DNA of 64,000 nt from an uncultured Gammaproteobacteria bacterium (GTDB lineage Bacteria; Patescibacteriota; Microgenomatia; 0-14-0-10-38-17). The stretch lies in NCBI GenBank assembly GCA_964348895.1, contig CAYGEH010000001.1, positions 6,676 to 70,675 on the forward strand. Reading direction: 5' to 3'. Of the stretch, positions 17,293 through 27,044 are shown in pieces. Made by a program: the position numbers and the translations under genes. Below the pieces are notes generated by a model. The model did no database searches. It worked only from the letters and a program-made list of their open reading frames with translations, and was not told the origin of the DNA. Numbering within the stretch: the first letter of the stretch is position 1; every line of letters begins with the position of its first letter.

Positions 17293-18798
17293 CTATTTTT
17301 TTATTTGCTTTTTAATTATTTCTTGAACCCCTTTTGGTATCAAACTTCTGGCCAAAGACAACTCTTCTTTGATTTTACCTCTCAAAACTAAAAAAAGACA
17401 GCCCAGATAAACAAGTCCTCCAAAAAACACCCACAAAATTAAACTTCGTAGCTGATTAACTAAGTTTGTCATTGGCCACCACAAAATCAGAGCCATTAAA
17501 ATGGAGGCTAACAGTGGAGCTTTTATTGCCCCAACTAAAGAAAAAGAAATCTTGGCTTTTTTAAGGTTTCGGCTAACCAAAAAAACACTAGACAGTCCAA
17601 CTACCACTCCAGCCCAAGCAATTCCTTCAAAACCCAAGTTGACAATCAGGGGGAAACCAACGACCCAGGTTAAAATAGTGTAAATTATCATCAGGCGTAA
17701 AACCGTCCGAGACTCCCCTAAAGAAAACAAAACATTAGTAGCAGTGGTAGTAAAAACTACTGGAATTGCCCCTAATAAAAAAGGATAAAGAGCTGGTAGG
17801 GCTGGCAACCATTTGTCAGACTTGGCGGCATAAACTAATCTTAAAACTGGTTGAGCCGAAACCAGCAAGCCAAAAACAAGAGGTAAATAAAGGTAGGCCA
17901 TCAACCTAACTCCTTTTTCTAACCATATTCCGACCCGAACCTTATCGTCTTGAATTTTGGCAAAAGTAGGAAAAACTACTCGATTAACCACATTAGTAAC
18001 CTCCATTGGTTTGGCAGCAATACTTTGAGCCAAATTAACAAAACCAACAGCAGCTGGTCCATAAAAAAAGGCAATTACCGTTGGGGTTAAATTATCTTTT
18101 AAAAGAGCCAAAAGAGAATTAGCCTGATATGGTAGACCAAACTTAAGTAACTCTTTAAGAGAATTTCTGTTAATGGTCAAAGAAATTGACCAGGGAGAAA
18201 CAAAACCTAAAACAATTGCCCCAAGCAAGGTTCTTAATAACAGTGCGCCAGTTAAACTCCAAACTCCAAATCCCAAAACCGCTAACATTACCGCCACTAA
18301 ATTATAGGCAACACTTTCAGTAATTTCAGGAATTAACAGTTTTTGATAAAGGAGGTTTCTTTGTAATAGGGCGGAGGGAATTGTTTTAAAACAAGTGATT
18401 AAAAGACAGAAAGCGGTAGACCGTAACAGCCAAATTTGAGGAGCGGAAAGCTGATAAAGGCGAACCAGTGTTGGTGACAACAACCAAACCAAAATATTGA
18501 TAATCAAAACCAATAAAATTTGAACAGTAAAAACTGTTGCCGTGTCAACTCTTTTAAGAGTGGTTCTTTTTTGAATTAAAGATGCTCCCAGGCCAATATC
18601 AGACAAGAAACCAAAAAGAGTAAAAACAATAAAATTGATAATACCAAAAATACCAAACTCTATTTCGGTTAAAAGTCGTGCTAAAAAGATTATGCCCAAG
18701 GCGTCAACCGCCCTAATGGCAATTCTTTGTATTGCCAAGGTCATTGTCCCCTTAATCGCTCTATCCTTAACCTGCTCTGGCTGATCTCTTAAAGCCAT
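17293..18798 (-). CDS. Wzx-like flippase / polysaccharide biosynthesis protein (MOP superfamily)
   Basis: 501 aa, about 14 TM, N-terminal TLAIQRIAIRAVDALGIIFLARLL typical of O-unit flippases. Confidence 0.65.
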   Translation of the reverse strand: MALRDQPEQVKDRAIKGTMTLAIQRIAIRAVDALGIIFLARLLTEIEFGIFGIINFIVFTLFGFLSDIGLGASLIQKRTTLKRVDTATVFTVQILLVLIINILVWLLSPTLVRLYQLSAPQIWLLRSTAFCLLITCFKTIPSALLQRNLLYQKLLIPEITESVAYNLVAVMLAVLGFGVWSLTGALLLRTLLGAIVLGFVSPWSISLTINRNSLKELLKFGLPYQANSLLALLKDNLTPTVIAFFYGPAAVGFVNLAQSIAAKPMEVTNVVNRVVFPTFAKIQDDKVRVGIWLEKGVRLMAYLYLPLVFGLLVSAQPVLRLVYAAKSDKWLPALPALYPFLLGAIPVVFTTTATNVLFSLGESRTVLRLMIIYTILTWVVGFPLIVNLGFEGIAWAGVVVGLSSVFLVSRNLKKAKISFSLVGAIKAPLLASILMALILWWPMTNLVNQLRSLILWVFFGGLVYLGCLFLVLRGKIKEELSLARSLIPKGVQEIIKKQIKK

Positions 18799-20238
18799 TT
18801 ATTTATATTTAATAATTCTAACCTGATCGTAGTCTGAAGGAGAATTAATTCCTTGATAATAAACAGGTGGGGGTTGATAGTGACAAAAATAAGCAGGACC
18901 CCAGTGGTTAAGTAAGGCAAGGCTAGCTTCATAAGCAGATAGGCTGGGACTATCAACAAAATAAACTCCCCTTTCAAGGCAAAGGTTTTTGTTTTGAAAA
19001 ATCCCAAAATACCTTTGAGCAATTTCTGATCTACCTGTGGTCCAATGAAGCTCTTGATCAATGCTTACCGAAACCCAAGCATTGGCTAAAAAAGCTAAAA
19101 ATAATAAAACCCATAATATTTTAAGCCTTTTTGTTTTTAAAAACAGTTTCCCCACTATTATTAAAAGAGCAAAGAAAACTAAATCTAAATAATGAGAATA
19201 GCGATGATAAGGAAAAAAACTAACTGGCAACAAGCTAATAACAAAAAAAATTAACCAATAAAAAATTATAATAAAGTTTTCTTTAATCTTGGTTGTAATA
19301 AGCTTCTTTTTAACAATTAAAAGGGTAATTAAGCAAACTAAAAGAATGGTTGCTAAAAATGTGCCTAAAAAGGTTATTCCCAATAAACCGCTATCTTTCA
19401 GGAAACTCTCCCAGCCAAAATCAAGAATGCGACCAGCATATCTGGTAATGGTCTCTGGAGCTCCAATCAGCCAAACTAGATACCAGCGCCAAGAGCTAAT
19501 TAGGGTTCTTGGCGAAAAGGAAAACTGATAATTACCTCCCGGAGAGGCAGTAAAATTTGTTAAGCGAATTAAGCCATACAAAACTATTATAAAAATAAAA
19601 AATAGCCAAAAAGAAAACTCTTTCTTAAAGCGATTAAAACAGCCAGACAGAGTTTTTTCGGGTCTTATAATATAAGAAAAGATTAGAAGTAGAGCGGGAA
19701 AGATTAGGGCGGTTTCTTTAGAAAGCAAAGCTAAGATAAAAAACAAATAGATCCATCTTTTTTGGTTTAAAACAAAAAACCAAAAACCTAACAGTTGCCA
19801 AAAAGCGGCTAAAATTTGTTGAAAGGCTGAGATGTAATAAAGGCTCATAAAGTGAAGCGGAGCAATTAAGTAGGCTCCAGCCAAAACCATTGCCAACTGT
19901 TCTTGTTTTAAAATCTTCCTCAATAATTTAAAAATTAAATAAAAATTAGCTAAATGAAAGCTTAGGGCAACTAAGCGTAAGGCAATTGGTGCTAAAGCCG
20001 TAGGTAGACCGTGGGCAACCAAGAAAAACAATTGAGTCCCTAGGGGTCGAAAATAAAAAACCTCCTGAGTTTGAGGATTAAAGAAATTAACAACATCAAC
20101 TAAAGAATTAGCTCGGGCTAAACTAAGATAATAGAAATCGTCTTGAGAAAAAAAGCTAGTAAAACTAGGCTGATATAGTAAGAAAAAAAAACCTAATATT
20201 AAAATCAATAAAAATATGCTTTGACGATTCTTAAACAT
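18799..20238 (-). CDS. Polytopic membrane protein, putative GT-C glycosyltransferase (DD-motif type)
   Basis: 479 aa, 12+ TM, FFSQDDFYYLSLA acidic motif in the first predicted external loop. Confidence 0.4.
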   Translation of the reverse strand: MFKNRQSIFLLILILGFFFLLYQPSFTSFFSQDDFYYLSLARANSLVDVVNFFNPQTQEVFYFRPLGTQLFFLVAHGLPTALAPIALRLVALSFHLANFYLIFKLLRKILKQEQLAMVLAGAYLIAPLHFMSLYYISAFQQILAAFWQLLGFWFFVLNQKRWIYLFFILALLSKETALIFPALLLIFSYIIRPEKTLSGCFNRFKKEFSFWLFFIFIIVLYGLIRLTNFTASPGGNYQFSFSPRTLISSWRWYLVWLIGAPETITRYAGRILDFGWESFLKDSGLLGITFLGTFLATILLVCLITLLIVKKKLITTKIKENFIIIFYWLIFFVISLLPVSFFPYHRYSHYLDLVFFALLIIVGKLFLKTKRLKILWVLLFLAFLANAWVSVSIDQELHWTTGRSEIAQRYFGIFQNKNLCLERGVYFVDSPSLSAYEASLALLNHWGPAYFCHYQPPPVYYQGINSPSDYDQVRIIKYK

Positions 20239-20239
20239 A

Positions 20240-21895
20240 TTAGAAAATAAAAATAATTAACAAAATAATTAACCCTAAAATTGTTAGAGCATAAGCGATT
20301 TTTTCCCAGAAAGTGGTAACAAAAGAAAGTTCATATTCACCAGAATTATTAGCCCAAAATTTAATTCGACCAGTTTCTTTTTCGCCTTTAATCGCTATTG
20401 GTTCATTGTTATCAACAAAATTTAATTGCCAACCAGGAAGATAAAAGCGGTTAACAGTAACCTGACCAGGATTGTTTAAGCGAAAAATAATTTTAAAAGG
20501 AGTATCTGCCACTAGTTCGGCAGTTTGGTTATTCGACAGGGTCAGAGGCCAATCTGGCTTTGCTTTTGGACGAACAATAGTCCCAGCAGGATAAAATTCA
20601 GCCGCAGCTTGAGCTGATTCCCAAATTTTCTCTCTCTCAAGATAATAGCTCTTGGCTTCAGCAATAATCATTTGAGGTTGAAAATATTTAAGGTTAAAAT
20701 AACCAAGAAAAAAAATAGCCAATAGGGCAAGAGGGGGGGTTAGGATTTTATTTAAACAGGGGCGATTTTTTCCACCAGCCACTACGCCACCAGAAAAGAA
20801 AGCAATAATCGGAGTTGCCAAGCCCAAGAATCGCCAAGGAAATTGAACTATTGGCAAAAAGGGCAAAGTTTGCCATAAGGGTGCAGACCAAGAAAGAGAC
20901 AGAAACAACCCCCAACAGCAAAGCAGAAATAGCATTGCGATGGTTTTCCTTTTCTTTCTTTCAAGTAAAGCAAAAAACAAACCAGCAAGGGCTAAAACAA
21001 TTTGAATTTTACCAATTCTAAAAGAAATTCCGTCGGCTAAACCCGGAGTTGAACCACCAAAACCCCAAGACCAATCCCAAAGCTGGGTTAAATAAACAAA
21101 GTGATCAACAAAGTTGGTTTTAGTTGCTTGGGTTAAGGCTCCAACTCTGCCAAGATCAATAATGGCTGGCAACCAAAACCAAGCCGCTAAAGATAAAATT
21201 AAAAAAGTTGACCCAAAAACAAGCAAGAACCTTTTTTTTAAATTAACGGCTTGGGTTAAAAAATAAATTATTAATATCGGTAAACAATAGGCTAAAATAA
21301 TTAAAAATAAATTATGGGCAAGCAATAGACTCAAGCTAGACAAAATAAAACCAATAACAATTTTTTTATTAAAACGATCCTTGGTTAAACGAATAAAGAA
21401 ATAAAGCCAAAAAGGCAAAAGATTGATCGCTAAAATTTCCGAAAGGGCCGCTCTAACAAAAATATCTAGGGCACGAAAGGGTAAGAAAATAAAGGCAACT
21501 GAGGCCACCAGACCGCCCCAAAACCCCCAAAATCGTCGTGCTAAATAAAACATTCCCCAAGAACCAATCAGATTACCCAAAAAAACAGCCAAAAGAAGAG
21601 AAAGAGCATAATCTCCAATTATTTTGAAAATAAACCAAGATAAGAAAATAAAAAGGGGAGCATAATACTTAAATAAAGGATAACCGAAACCATAGGCCAT
21701 ATCGGGAGCTAATCGAGGCGGAAATTGACCAAGAGAAATTGTTTTGTCAAATTGTTGAAGGCGAACAAGCCAGGTGGCGTCGTGAGCTGGAAAGAAAACA
21801 TCAGGGCCAATTAAAACCGGTCGTAAAATTAACCAGTTTAAAAACAGAAAAAAACCAAAAATCAACCAAACCTTAATTTTTCTTAAGTACCTCAT
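20240..21895 (-). CDS. Polytopic membrane protein of the QFPPRW paralog family (putative GT-C)
   Basis: AHDATWLVRLQQFDK...GQFPPRLAPDMAYGFGYPLFKYY, DIFVRAALSEI, WDWSWGFGG...DGISFRIG, C-terminal FYLPGWQ plus a final TM. Confidence 0.55.
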   Translation of the reverse strand: MRYLRKIKVWLIFGFFLFLNWLILRPVLIGPDVFFPAHDATWLVRLQQFDKTISLGQFPPRLAPDMAYGFGYPLFKYYAPLFIFLSWFIFKIIGDYALSLLLAVFLGNLIGSWGMFYLARRFWGFWGGLVASVAFIFLPFRALDIFVRAALSEILAINLLPFWLYFFIRLTKDRFNKKIVIGFILSSLSLLLAHNLFLIILAYCLPILIIYFLTQAVNLKKRFLLVFGSTFLILSLAAWFWLPAIIDLGRVGALTQATKTNFVDHFVYLTQLWDWSWGFGGSTPGLADGISFRIGKIQIVLALAGLFFALLERKKRKTIAMLFLLCCWGLFLSLSWSAPLWQTLPFLPIVQFPWRFLGLATPIIAFFSGGVVAGGKNRPCLNKILTPPLALLAIFFLGYFNLKYFQPQMIIAEAKSYYLEREKIWESAQAAAEFYPAGTIVRPKAKPDWPLTLSNNQTAELVADTPFKIIFRLNNPGQVTVNRFYLPGWQLNFVDNNEPIAIKGEKETGRIKFWANNSGEYELSFVTTFWEKIAYALTILGLIILLIIFIF

Positions 21896-23432
21896 AAAGC
21901 CTTAAAGAACCCTGATTATTAACTTTAAAAAATTCTGCCACTAGAGAAAAATTTTCCTGACTAAAGTCTCCCGGAGTATTATTCACGACAAAGAAGGCTC
22001 TTTTTCCTTCTTGAACTAAACCAAGAAAGTCTTCTGGTGGCAAAACCGGCAAAGGATGAAATCCAAGAACGCGAACATTAGGATTAAAGGCAAAATAAAT
22101 TTCCAATCCTTGGGATAAAAGACCAAAGTTTCCCTCGGTGCCGACCACCACTTGTTGAGTCTGAGAGGCTTGATTTAAAATACTAACTATTTCTGGAATT
22201 CCATAGCCAGCCGTCCAACCCTCAAGATAGCCCCGATCGGTCTTGGTAAAAGGAAACTGTTCGGGGGAAAAAATTAACTGATAGGTTCTAACCAGGGGAA
22301 GAAGAAGGACTAACATCATAAACAAGGAAAACAGTCTAGTCCCAATCTTTTTTCTTAGTTGATCTAGTCCAAAGGCCGCCCAAAGCAAGGGCAGAAAAGC
22401 CAGAAAGGCCAAATAACGAGAATTATAGATTCGCGCAATCAAGTTGATGGCGCCAAATGGCAAAAAAAACCAACCAGCCAAAAAAAGACCTTGACGCCAA
22501 TCTCTTTTCAGCCAAAGAACAAGACCAACCAAAGAAAACAAAAAAACTGGCCAGGTTAAATAAACCCAAAACCAACTAAAAGAGCTTCTTAGGTTACGCC
22601 AAAAAAAGGGCCACTCTCTTAAGGCCACTAAAATCGGAGCAGTAAATTCTTGATTTTTCTGATCGATCAAGTGCATCCAGCCAGAGAGTCGCTGAATGTT
22701 ATAAATAAAATAAGCAATCAAGGCCGAAATTAGAAATAGGCCTAGAAATTTAAAAGCCTGACGAAAATCTTTTTTAATAAAGTTAACTGGAACAAAAACT
22801 ATTCCTAGAGGAAAAAGAATCAAGAAAAATAAAGCCTGTGATTTAACCAACAAGGCAAAGCCCAACCAAGCACCGGCAAGCAAGGCCACATCTAATCGTC
22901 TAGTTTTAGCTAATAAATAAGAAAAAAATAGCGAACCAGCGGCAAAGAGAGTTAAAAAGCTTTCTGCTAATGCCATTCGGTTGTGAAAAAGAAGATAGGG
23001 TGAAAAAATAGCCAAGAAAAAGACAATTATTGGCAGCTGTTTTCTTTTAGGAAAAAAGGCAATTGTTGTTGCACTCAAAACAAAAGGAAGAATTAGGCCT
23101 GCCAGGGCCGCTTGTGCTCGACCAGCAACCAGAGGGTCGTTAAAAGATCTTAAAAATGGAATGGTAATCCAGGTTTGAAAGGGTTGCTTGCCGTCAGTTA
23201 AAGAAATAAAACGCAAAGGGGCTTCTTTCCAGGCAATTTGTGACCAACGAATATAAATTGCTTCATCACAGAAAATTGGAAACCTCGCCAAATTAATGGT
23301 TCTGGTTAATCCTAGTAAAACTAGTCCTAAAACTAACCACAACCAAGCTTTTCTTTTAAAAAGAAAGTCTTTTAGGGTTTTACTCCAGGTCTCCCCTGCT
23401 TTCATATTCGAAATTATATCAAGATCTGACAC
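21873..23432 (-). CDS. GT-C fold membrane glycosyltransferase, ArnT/PMT-like
   Basis: 519 aa, multi-TM, FCDEAIYIRWSQIAW DE motif in the first loop. Confidence 0.5.
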   Translation of the reverse strand: MSDLDIISNMKAGETWSKTLKDFLFKRKAWLWLVLGLVLLGLTRTINLARFPIFCDEAIYIRWSQIAWKEAPLRFISLTDGKQPFQTWITIPFLRSFNDPLVAGRAQAALAGLILPFVLSATTIAFFPKRKQLPIIVFFLAIFSPYLLFHNRMALAESFLTLFAAGSLFFSYLLAKTRRLDVALLAGAWLGFALLVKSQALFFLILFPLGIVFVPVNFIKKDFRQAFKFLGLFLISALIAYFIYNIQRLSGWMHLIDQKNQEFTAPILVALREWPFFWRNLRSSFSWFWVYLTWPVFLFSLVGLVLWLKRDWRQGLFLAGWFFLPFGAINLIARIYNSRYLAFLAFLPLLWAAFGLDQLRKKIGTRLFSLFMMLVLLLPLVRTYQLIFSPEQFPFTKTDRGYLEGWTAGYGIPEIVSILNQASQTQQVVVGTEGNFGLLSQGLEIYFAFNPNVRVLGFHPLPVLPPEDFLGLVQEGKRAFFVVNNTPGDFSQENFSLVAEFFKVNNQGSLRLYEVLKKN

Positions 23433-23468
23433 CAGGGGCTAGTGGTGAACCATAAGGGTAGAATAAAA

Positions 23469-24602
23469 TCATTGATGAAGGCGAAAGAATTTAAAAAGTA
23501 ACCCCTGAAGCTTGGGAAGAAGAAAAAGAAAAAACAAAGCCAAAGAAACGAAAAGAGCTCTAAAAAAGACAAAAAACCCTGTCCCCTCCCAAGAGCCACT
23601 GGCTAAAAATGGTTGGTATTTTAAAACCAACAAAAAGAACTGGAAAACAAAAACCACTAACCAAGAAAAGGTTGTCATTTTCATCAAAGGAAAGGCCAGA
23701 AAAAGCCAAGTAAAATACCAGGGTTGAAAGCGATTAATTTGCCAGGCAAAACCAAGCAGGCCAAAAAAAACAAACATCGTTGCCCAGAAGGGTTTATTTT
23801 TAAAAAAAATTAGTGGCCAAGCTAATCCGCTCATAAACTTTACCCCCAAAGAGGCTAAAAAAGCCAGGGTTGTCAAGATTGATCTTTTTTGTTGAGAAAA
23901 AAACAAAGCAACAAAAAACAAGCCAATCATAAGCAGGTCATTGTGGCTGTTGACCAACAACTCTATTAACAAAAAAGGATTAAAAAACCAATAAGCAAAA
24001 ACCTTTCGATCCTGTTTACTAATTTTTAATAAAAGCCAACCAGAAATAAAAAAGACCAATCCGCCCAAAAGCTTCAGACCATAAAAGTTTAAAATAAATC
24101 GGCCAAAAGAAAAAACTGCCGGTAACAAGCTATAAATAAGCCAAATCGGACCATATGGGGCAACACGATGAGTCCAACGCATAAATCTTAACCAAGGATC
24201 AGAAGAAAAATGATCGGGAGCGAAAAGATAGGGATTTTCTTGATAGTACCAAATTATTTTAGCATCAAATAAATAGCTAAAAATATCATAAGACAGAAAC
24301 GGATAAGCCAAACAAGAAATCAGCGTCACCACTCCGGCTAATAATAAAAGTTTTCTAAGACTTGTCTTGTAAATAAAACGAGAAAAAAGCAAGTAAATTT
24401 GAATCAAAACTAAAAGAATAACAATAATTAAATAAAAACGAGAAAAAAGGGGCCGATTAAAATAACCTAAGTGTTGAAATCTTTCTAAAAATTGACTTAT
24501 TGGCTCCCAGGAGATTAAGGTTAAATTAAAGTCAACCCAAAAATAAGAAAAAACTAAAAGAAGAAGGTAACTAATGGGGATTATAAAAAAAAGAAGAGGC
24601 AC
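23469..24602 (-). CDS. Polytopic membrane protein, possible DUF2029/PIG-M-like mannosyltransferase (GT-C)
   Basis: 377 aa, about 10 TM, acidic loop motif SYDIFSYLFDAKII reminiscent of GPI/PIM mannosyltransferase D-x-D loops; weak. Confidence 0.35.
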   Translation of the reverse strand: MPLLFFIIPISYLLLLVFSYFWVDFNLTLISWEPISQFLERFQHLGYFNRPLFSRFYLIIVILLVLIQIYLLFSRFIYKTSLRKLLLLAGVVTLISCLAYPFLSYDIFSYLFDAKIIWYYQENPYLFAPDHFSSDPWLRFMRWTHRVAPYGPIWLIYSLLPAVFSFGRFILNFYGLKLLGGLVFFISGWLLLKISKQDRKVFAYWFFNPFLLIELLVNSHNDLLMIGLFFVALFFSQQKRSILTTLAFLASLGVKFMSGLAWPLIFFKNKPFWATMFVFFGLLGFAWQINRFQPWYFTWLFLAFPLMKMTTFSWLVVFVFQFFLLVLKYQPFLASGSWEGTGFFVFFRALFVSLALFFLFLLPKLQGLLFKFFRLHQ

Positions 24603-24674
24603 GAAAGTCAGTTTTTAATCTTAAGGTTTAAATTTTTTTTAAAAAAACCGTCTTGTAACTGGAAAAAATAAAAC

Positions 24675-25454
24675 TTATTTGTATTTTCCTTTCCAATCAT
24701 TCTTTTTAACATTGACAATCTGTTCTAGCATTTGACGAGACTCTTTAATAAAACTTTTCTTCTTACCAACAGAAACGTCTTCGTCTTGCCAGGCCACTTC
24801 TATTTCTTTAACCTTAGAGCCTGATTTCTGAGCCAAATAGAGCAGCTCAACATCAAAGGCCGTTACTCGCCAACCAGAAGCTTGTTGCCAGTTTTCCAAA
24901 ACCGATAACTTAGGAAAAAGCCTTTGGGCAACCTTGGTTTTAAAAGCCTTGAAACCACACTGGGTATCTTTAATGTTAGGCAAAAGAAGTATTCTCCTTA
25001 AGGAAAGAAAAATTAAAGCAGCCAACTGACGATAAAAAGGAGCCCCCTTTCTTTTTATGCCCCTAGAGCCAATTACCACCTCAAAGCCCTGATCAAAATA
25101 GGGTAATAATTTAGCTACTTCTTTAATTGGAGTTGACTGATCCATATCGGTAAAAAGAACAATCTTTCCCCGAGCTTTTTTAATACCCTGCCAAACAGCA
25201 TAGGGCTTACCACCATGTTGATTCTCCAAAAGAACAAAGCCGGAATGTTTTTGAACAAACTCTTTGGCTACCTCTCTGCTATTGTCGCTTGAGCCATCAT
25301 CAGAAACAATAACCTCCCAAGAGTATGTTTGTTTTTTTAGATAGTCAACTACCTGATTTAATACTCCTTGGCGAAGATTAGCTTCTTCGTTATAACAGGG
25401 AATAACTACCGATAAAAACATTTCTTTATTGCTCTTTGCCGAAGAAGTGGTCAT
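24675..25454 (-). CDS. Polyprenyl-phosphate sugar synthase (DPM1/GtrB/ArnC-like GT2)
   Basis: LSVVIPCYNEEANL...EVIVSDDGSSDNSREV...GKPYAVWQGIKKARGKIVLFTDMDQSTP matches the Dpm1-type signature. Confidence 0.7.
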   Translation of the reverse strand: MTTSSAKSNKEMFLSVVIPCYNEEANLRQGVLNQVVDYLKKQTYSWEVIVSDDGSSDNSREVAKEFVQKHSGFVLLENQHGGKPYAVWQGIKKARGKIVLFTDMDQSTPIKEVAKLLPYFDQGFEVVIGSRGIKRKGAPFYRQLAALIFLSLRRILLLPNIKDTQCGFKAFKTKVAQRLFPKLSVLENWQQASGWRVTAFDVELLYLAQKSGSKVKEIEVAWQDEDVSVGKKKSFIKESRQMLEQIVNVKKNDWKGKYK

Positions 25455-25520
25455 AAGTCATTATTATCAGAAAATAAAACAAAAATCAAACCCCTTTTAT
25501 TATTTTTTAAAATATAAGTC

Positions 25521-27044
25521 TTAGAGGGTTTCTTCTTTTTGTTTCAGTTCGTAAACTAGAACCCCCCAACCGGCCTGTTCTGCTGAAACAACTTCCAGAA
25601 CTCCAAACTGGGCGATTTCCCATAAAGGGTTGCTCTCTGGATTACCACACTCGCCCCCCTCGCAAATAGCAAAAACAGAAGAGGGGTTCAGTGAGTCGAC
25701 TTTAAATTCAGCAAGATAAAGATAATAGCGATAATGATATGCAGAGGGAGAGCCAGTCAAAGAAGTAACAAAGATATTTTTATCCTCAGCTTTTGCCTGA
25801 ATGTGGGCAGCCACCCCTTGAGCCCGTTTAATTTGTTGATTGTTGTCTTTTTGAAAAATTTGTTCATAGTTAACTCTAGAAAGAGAAAACAAGATTGCTA
25901 TAAACAGAAAAAAGTTAACTAACCCCAGGGGGGCAAATCCAAAAACACGAATTTTTTGCCAGAAATAATCGGCCCCACCAATAATAATAAAAAATATTGG
26001 TAAAAGTAACCCAAGGTAATGAAGGTGAATTTGATCTCTAATCACTGTCACGGCAATTAATAAGCTTGAAAAAAAGATTGCCAAAATCAAAAAAACTAAC
26101 CCCAATCTTTTCTTGTTTTTCTTGCGAAAAAAAATAAGAAAAGTCAAAAAGACCAGCAAGCTAACTAAAAAATAAACAAAAGCCCAATTAACTATTAAGG
26201 CTTCTTGGGCAAGCCTTTCTAATAAATCTACTTGTCCTTGAAATAAAGACAATAGTGGTCTCGCTTCGGTTGGTCCAGAATCAAAAACAAACCGCCAGCC
26301 AGCCCGAGTATTAATAAAACGATGTTTTATTTCAAAAAGAATAAAGGGTACTAAAGGAAGAATTGCCCCCCCCAATCCAACTCCCGCTAATTTCAATAAA
26401 ACAATCAAGCCTTTGTTTTTATTCTTAATTGCCCATAGTAGGTAGCCAAGTAGGGCAACTAAAAATAAAACTCCAGTAACATAGTGGAGTTGAATTAAAA
26501 CCCCTAGGGCTGCCCCCGCTAAAAACAAAAACAAACCGCGCCCCCTTTCCCAAAAATCAAGAAAAAACCATAAGAATATTAGGGTGAATAGGGGTACTGG
26601 ATTGGGATTCCAAATAAAACGAGAATTTTGCACAATTAGAGGAGAAAGGGCATATAAAAAAGATCCGATAAAGGCGGAACGAAGATTAAAATATTTAGCC
26701 AAAAGAAAAAATAAAGCAATGTTAGCCAGCCAACCTAAAAAAGCAACAAAAAGAATTGGTCCAGCTGGACTAAAGTTAGCTAACCAGAGAAATGGGGTGA
26801 TTGCCCAGTAGAATAACGGGCCCAAATAAAGACTCCCCATAGAAGTCATCGGACCAATAAAGGGAATGTCTCCCTCTTTGAGAATTTCGGCTGCGACCAA
26901 AACGTCTCGTCCTTGATCGTCTAGAAAGGTAGTTAGCGCCAAAGGACGATAGTGGCGTAACCCAGCACTAATCAATAAAAGGAGCAAAAATAAGATCAAA
27001 ACCCTTCTGGAAGCCAAAATTTTTATTTTAAAAAATTCAATCAT
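25521..27044 (-). CDS. GT-C fold membrane glycosyltransferase, ArnT-like
   Basis: 507 aa, multi-TM, FLDDQGRDVLVAAEIL motif comparable to the ArnT DETRYAEI loop. Confidence 0.5.
   Translation of the reverse strand: MIEFFKIKILASRRVLILFLLLLLISAGLRHYRPLALTTFLDDQGRDVLVAAEILKEGDIPFIGPMTSMGSLYLGPLFYWAITPFLWLANFSPAGPILFVAFLGWLANIALFFLLAKYFNLRSAFIGSFLYALSPLIVQNSRFIWNPNPVPLFTLIFLWFFLDFWERGRGLFLFLAGAALGVLIQLHYVTGVLFLVALLGYLLWAIKNKNKGLIVLLKLAGVGLGGAILPLVPFILFEIKHRFINTRAGWRFVFDSGPTEARPLLSLFQGQVDLLERLAQEALIVNWAFVYFLVSLLVFLTFLIFFRKKNKKRLGLVFLILAIFFSSLLIAVTVIRDQIHLHYLGLLLPIFFIIIGGADYFWQKIRVFGFAPLGLVNFFLFIAILFSLSRVNYEQIFQKDNNQQIKRAQGVAAHIQAKAEDKNIFVTSLTGSPSAYHYRYYLYLAEFKVDSLNPSSVFAICEGGECGNPESNPLWEIAQFGVLEVVSAEQAGWGVLVYELKQKEETL

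Noticed and set aside
18789-19061. ORF 18789..19061 overlapping the start of the Wzx-like and GT-C-like genes
   Set aside because: Out-of-frame overlap with two strongly supported membrane-protein genes
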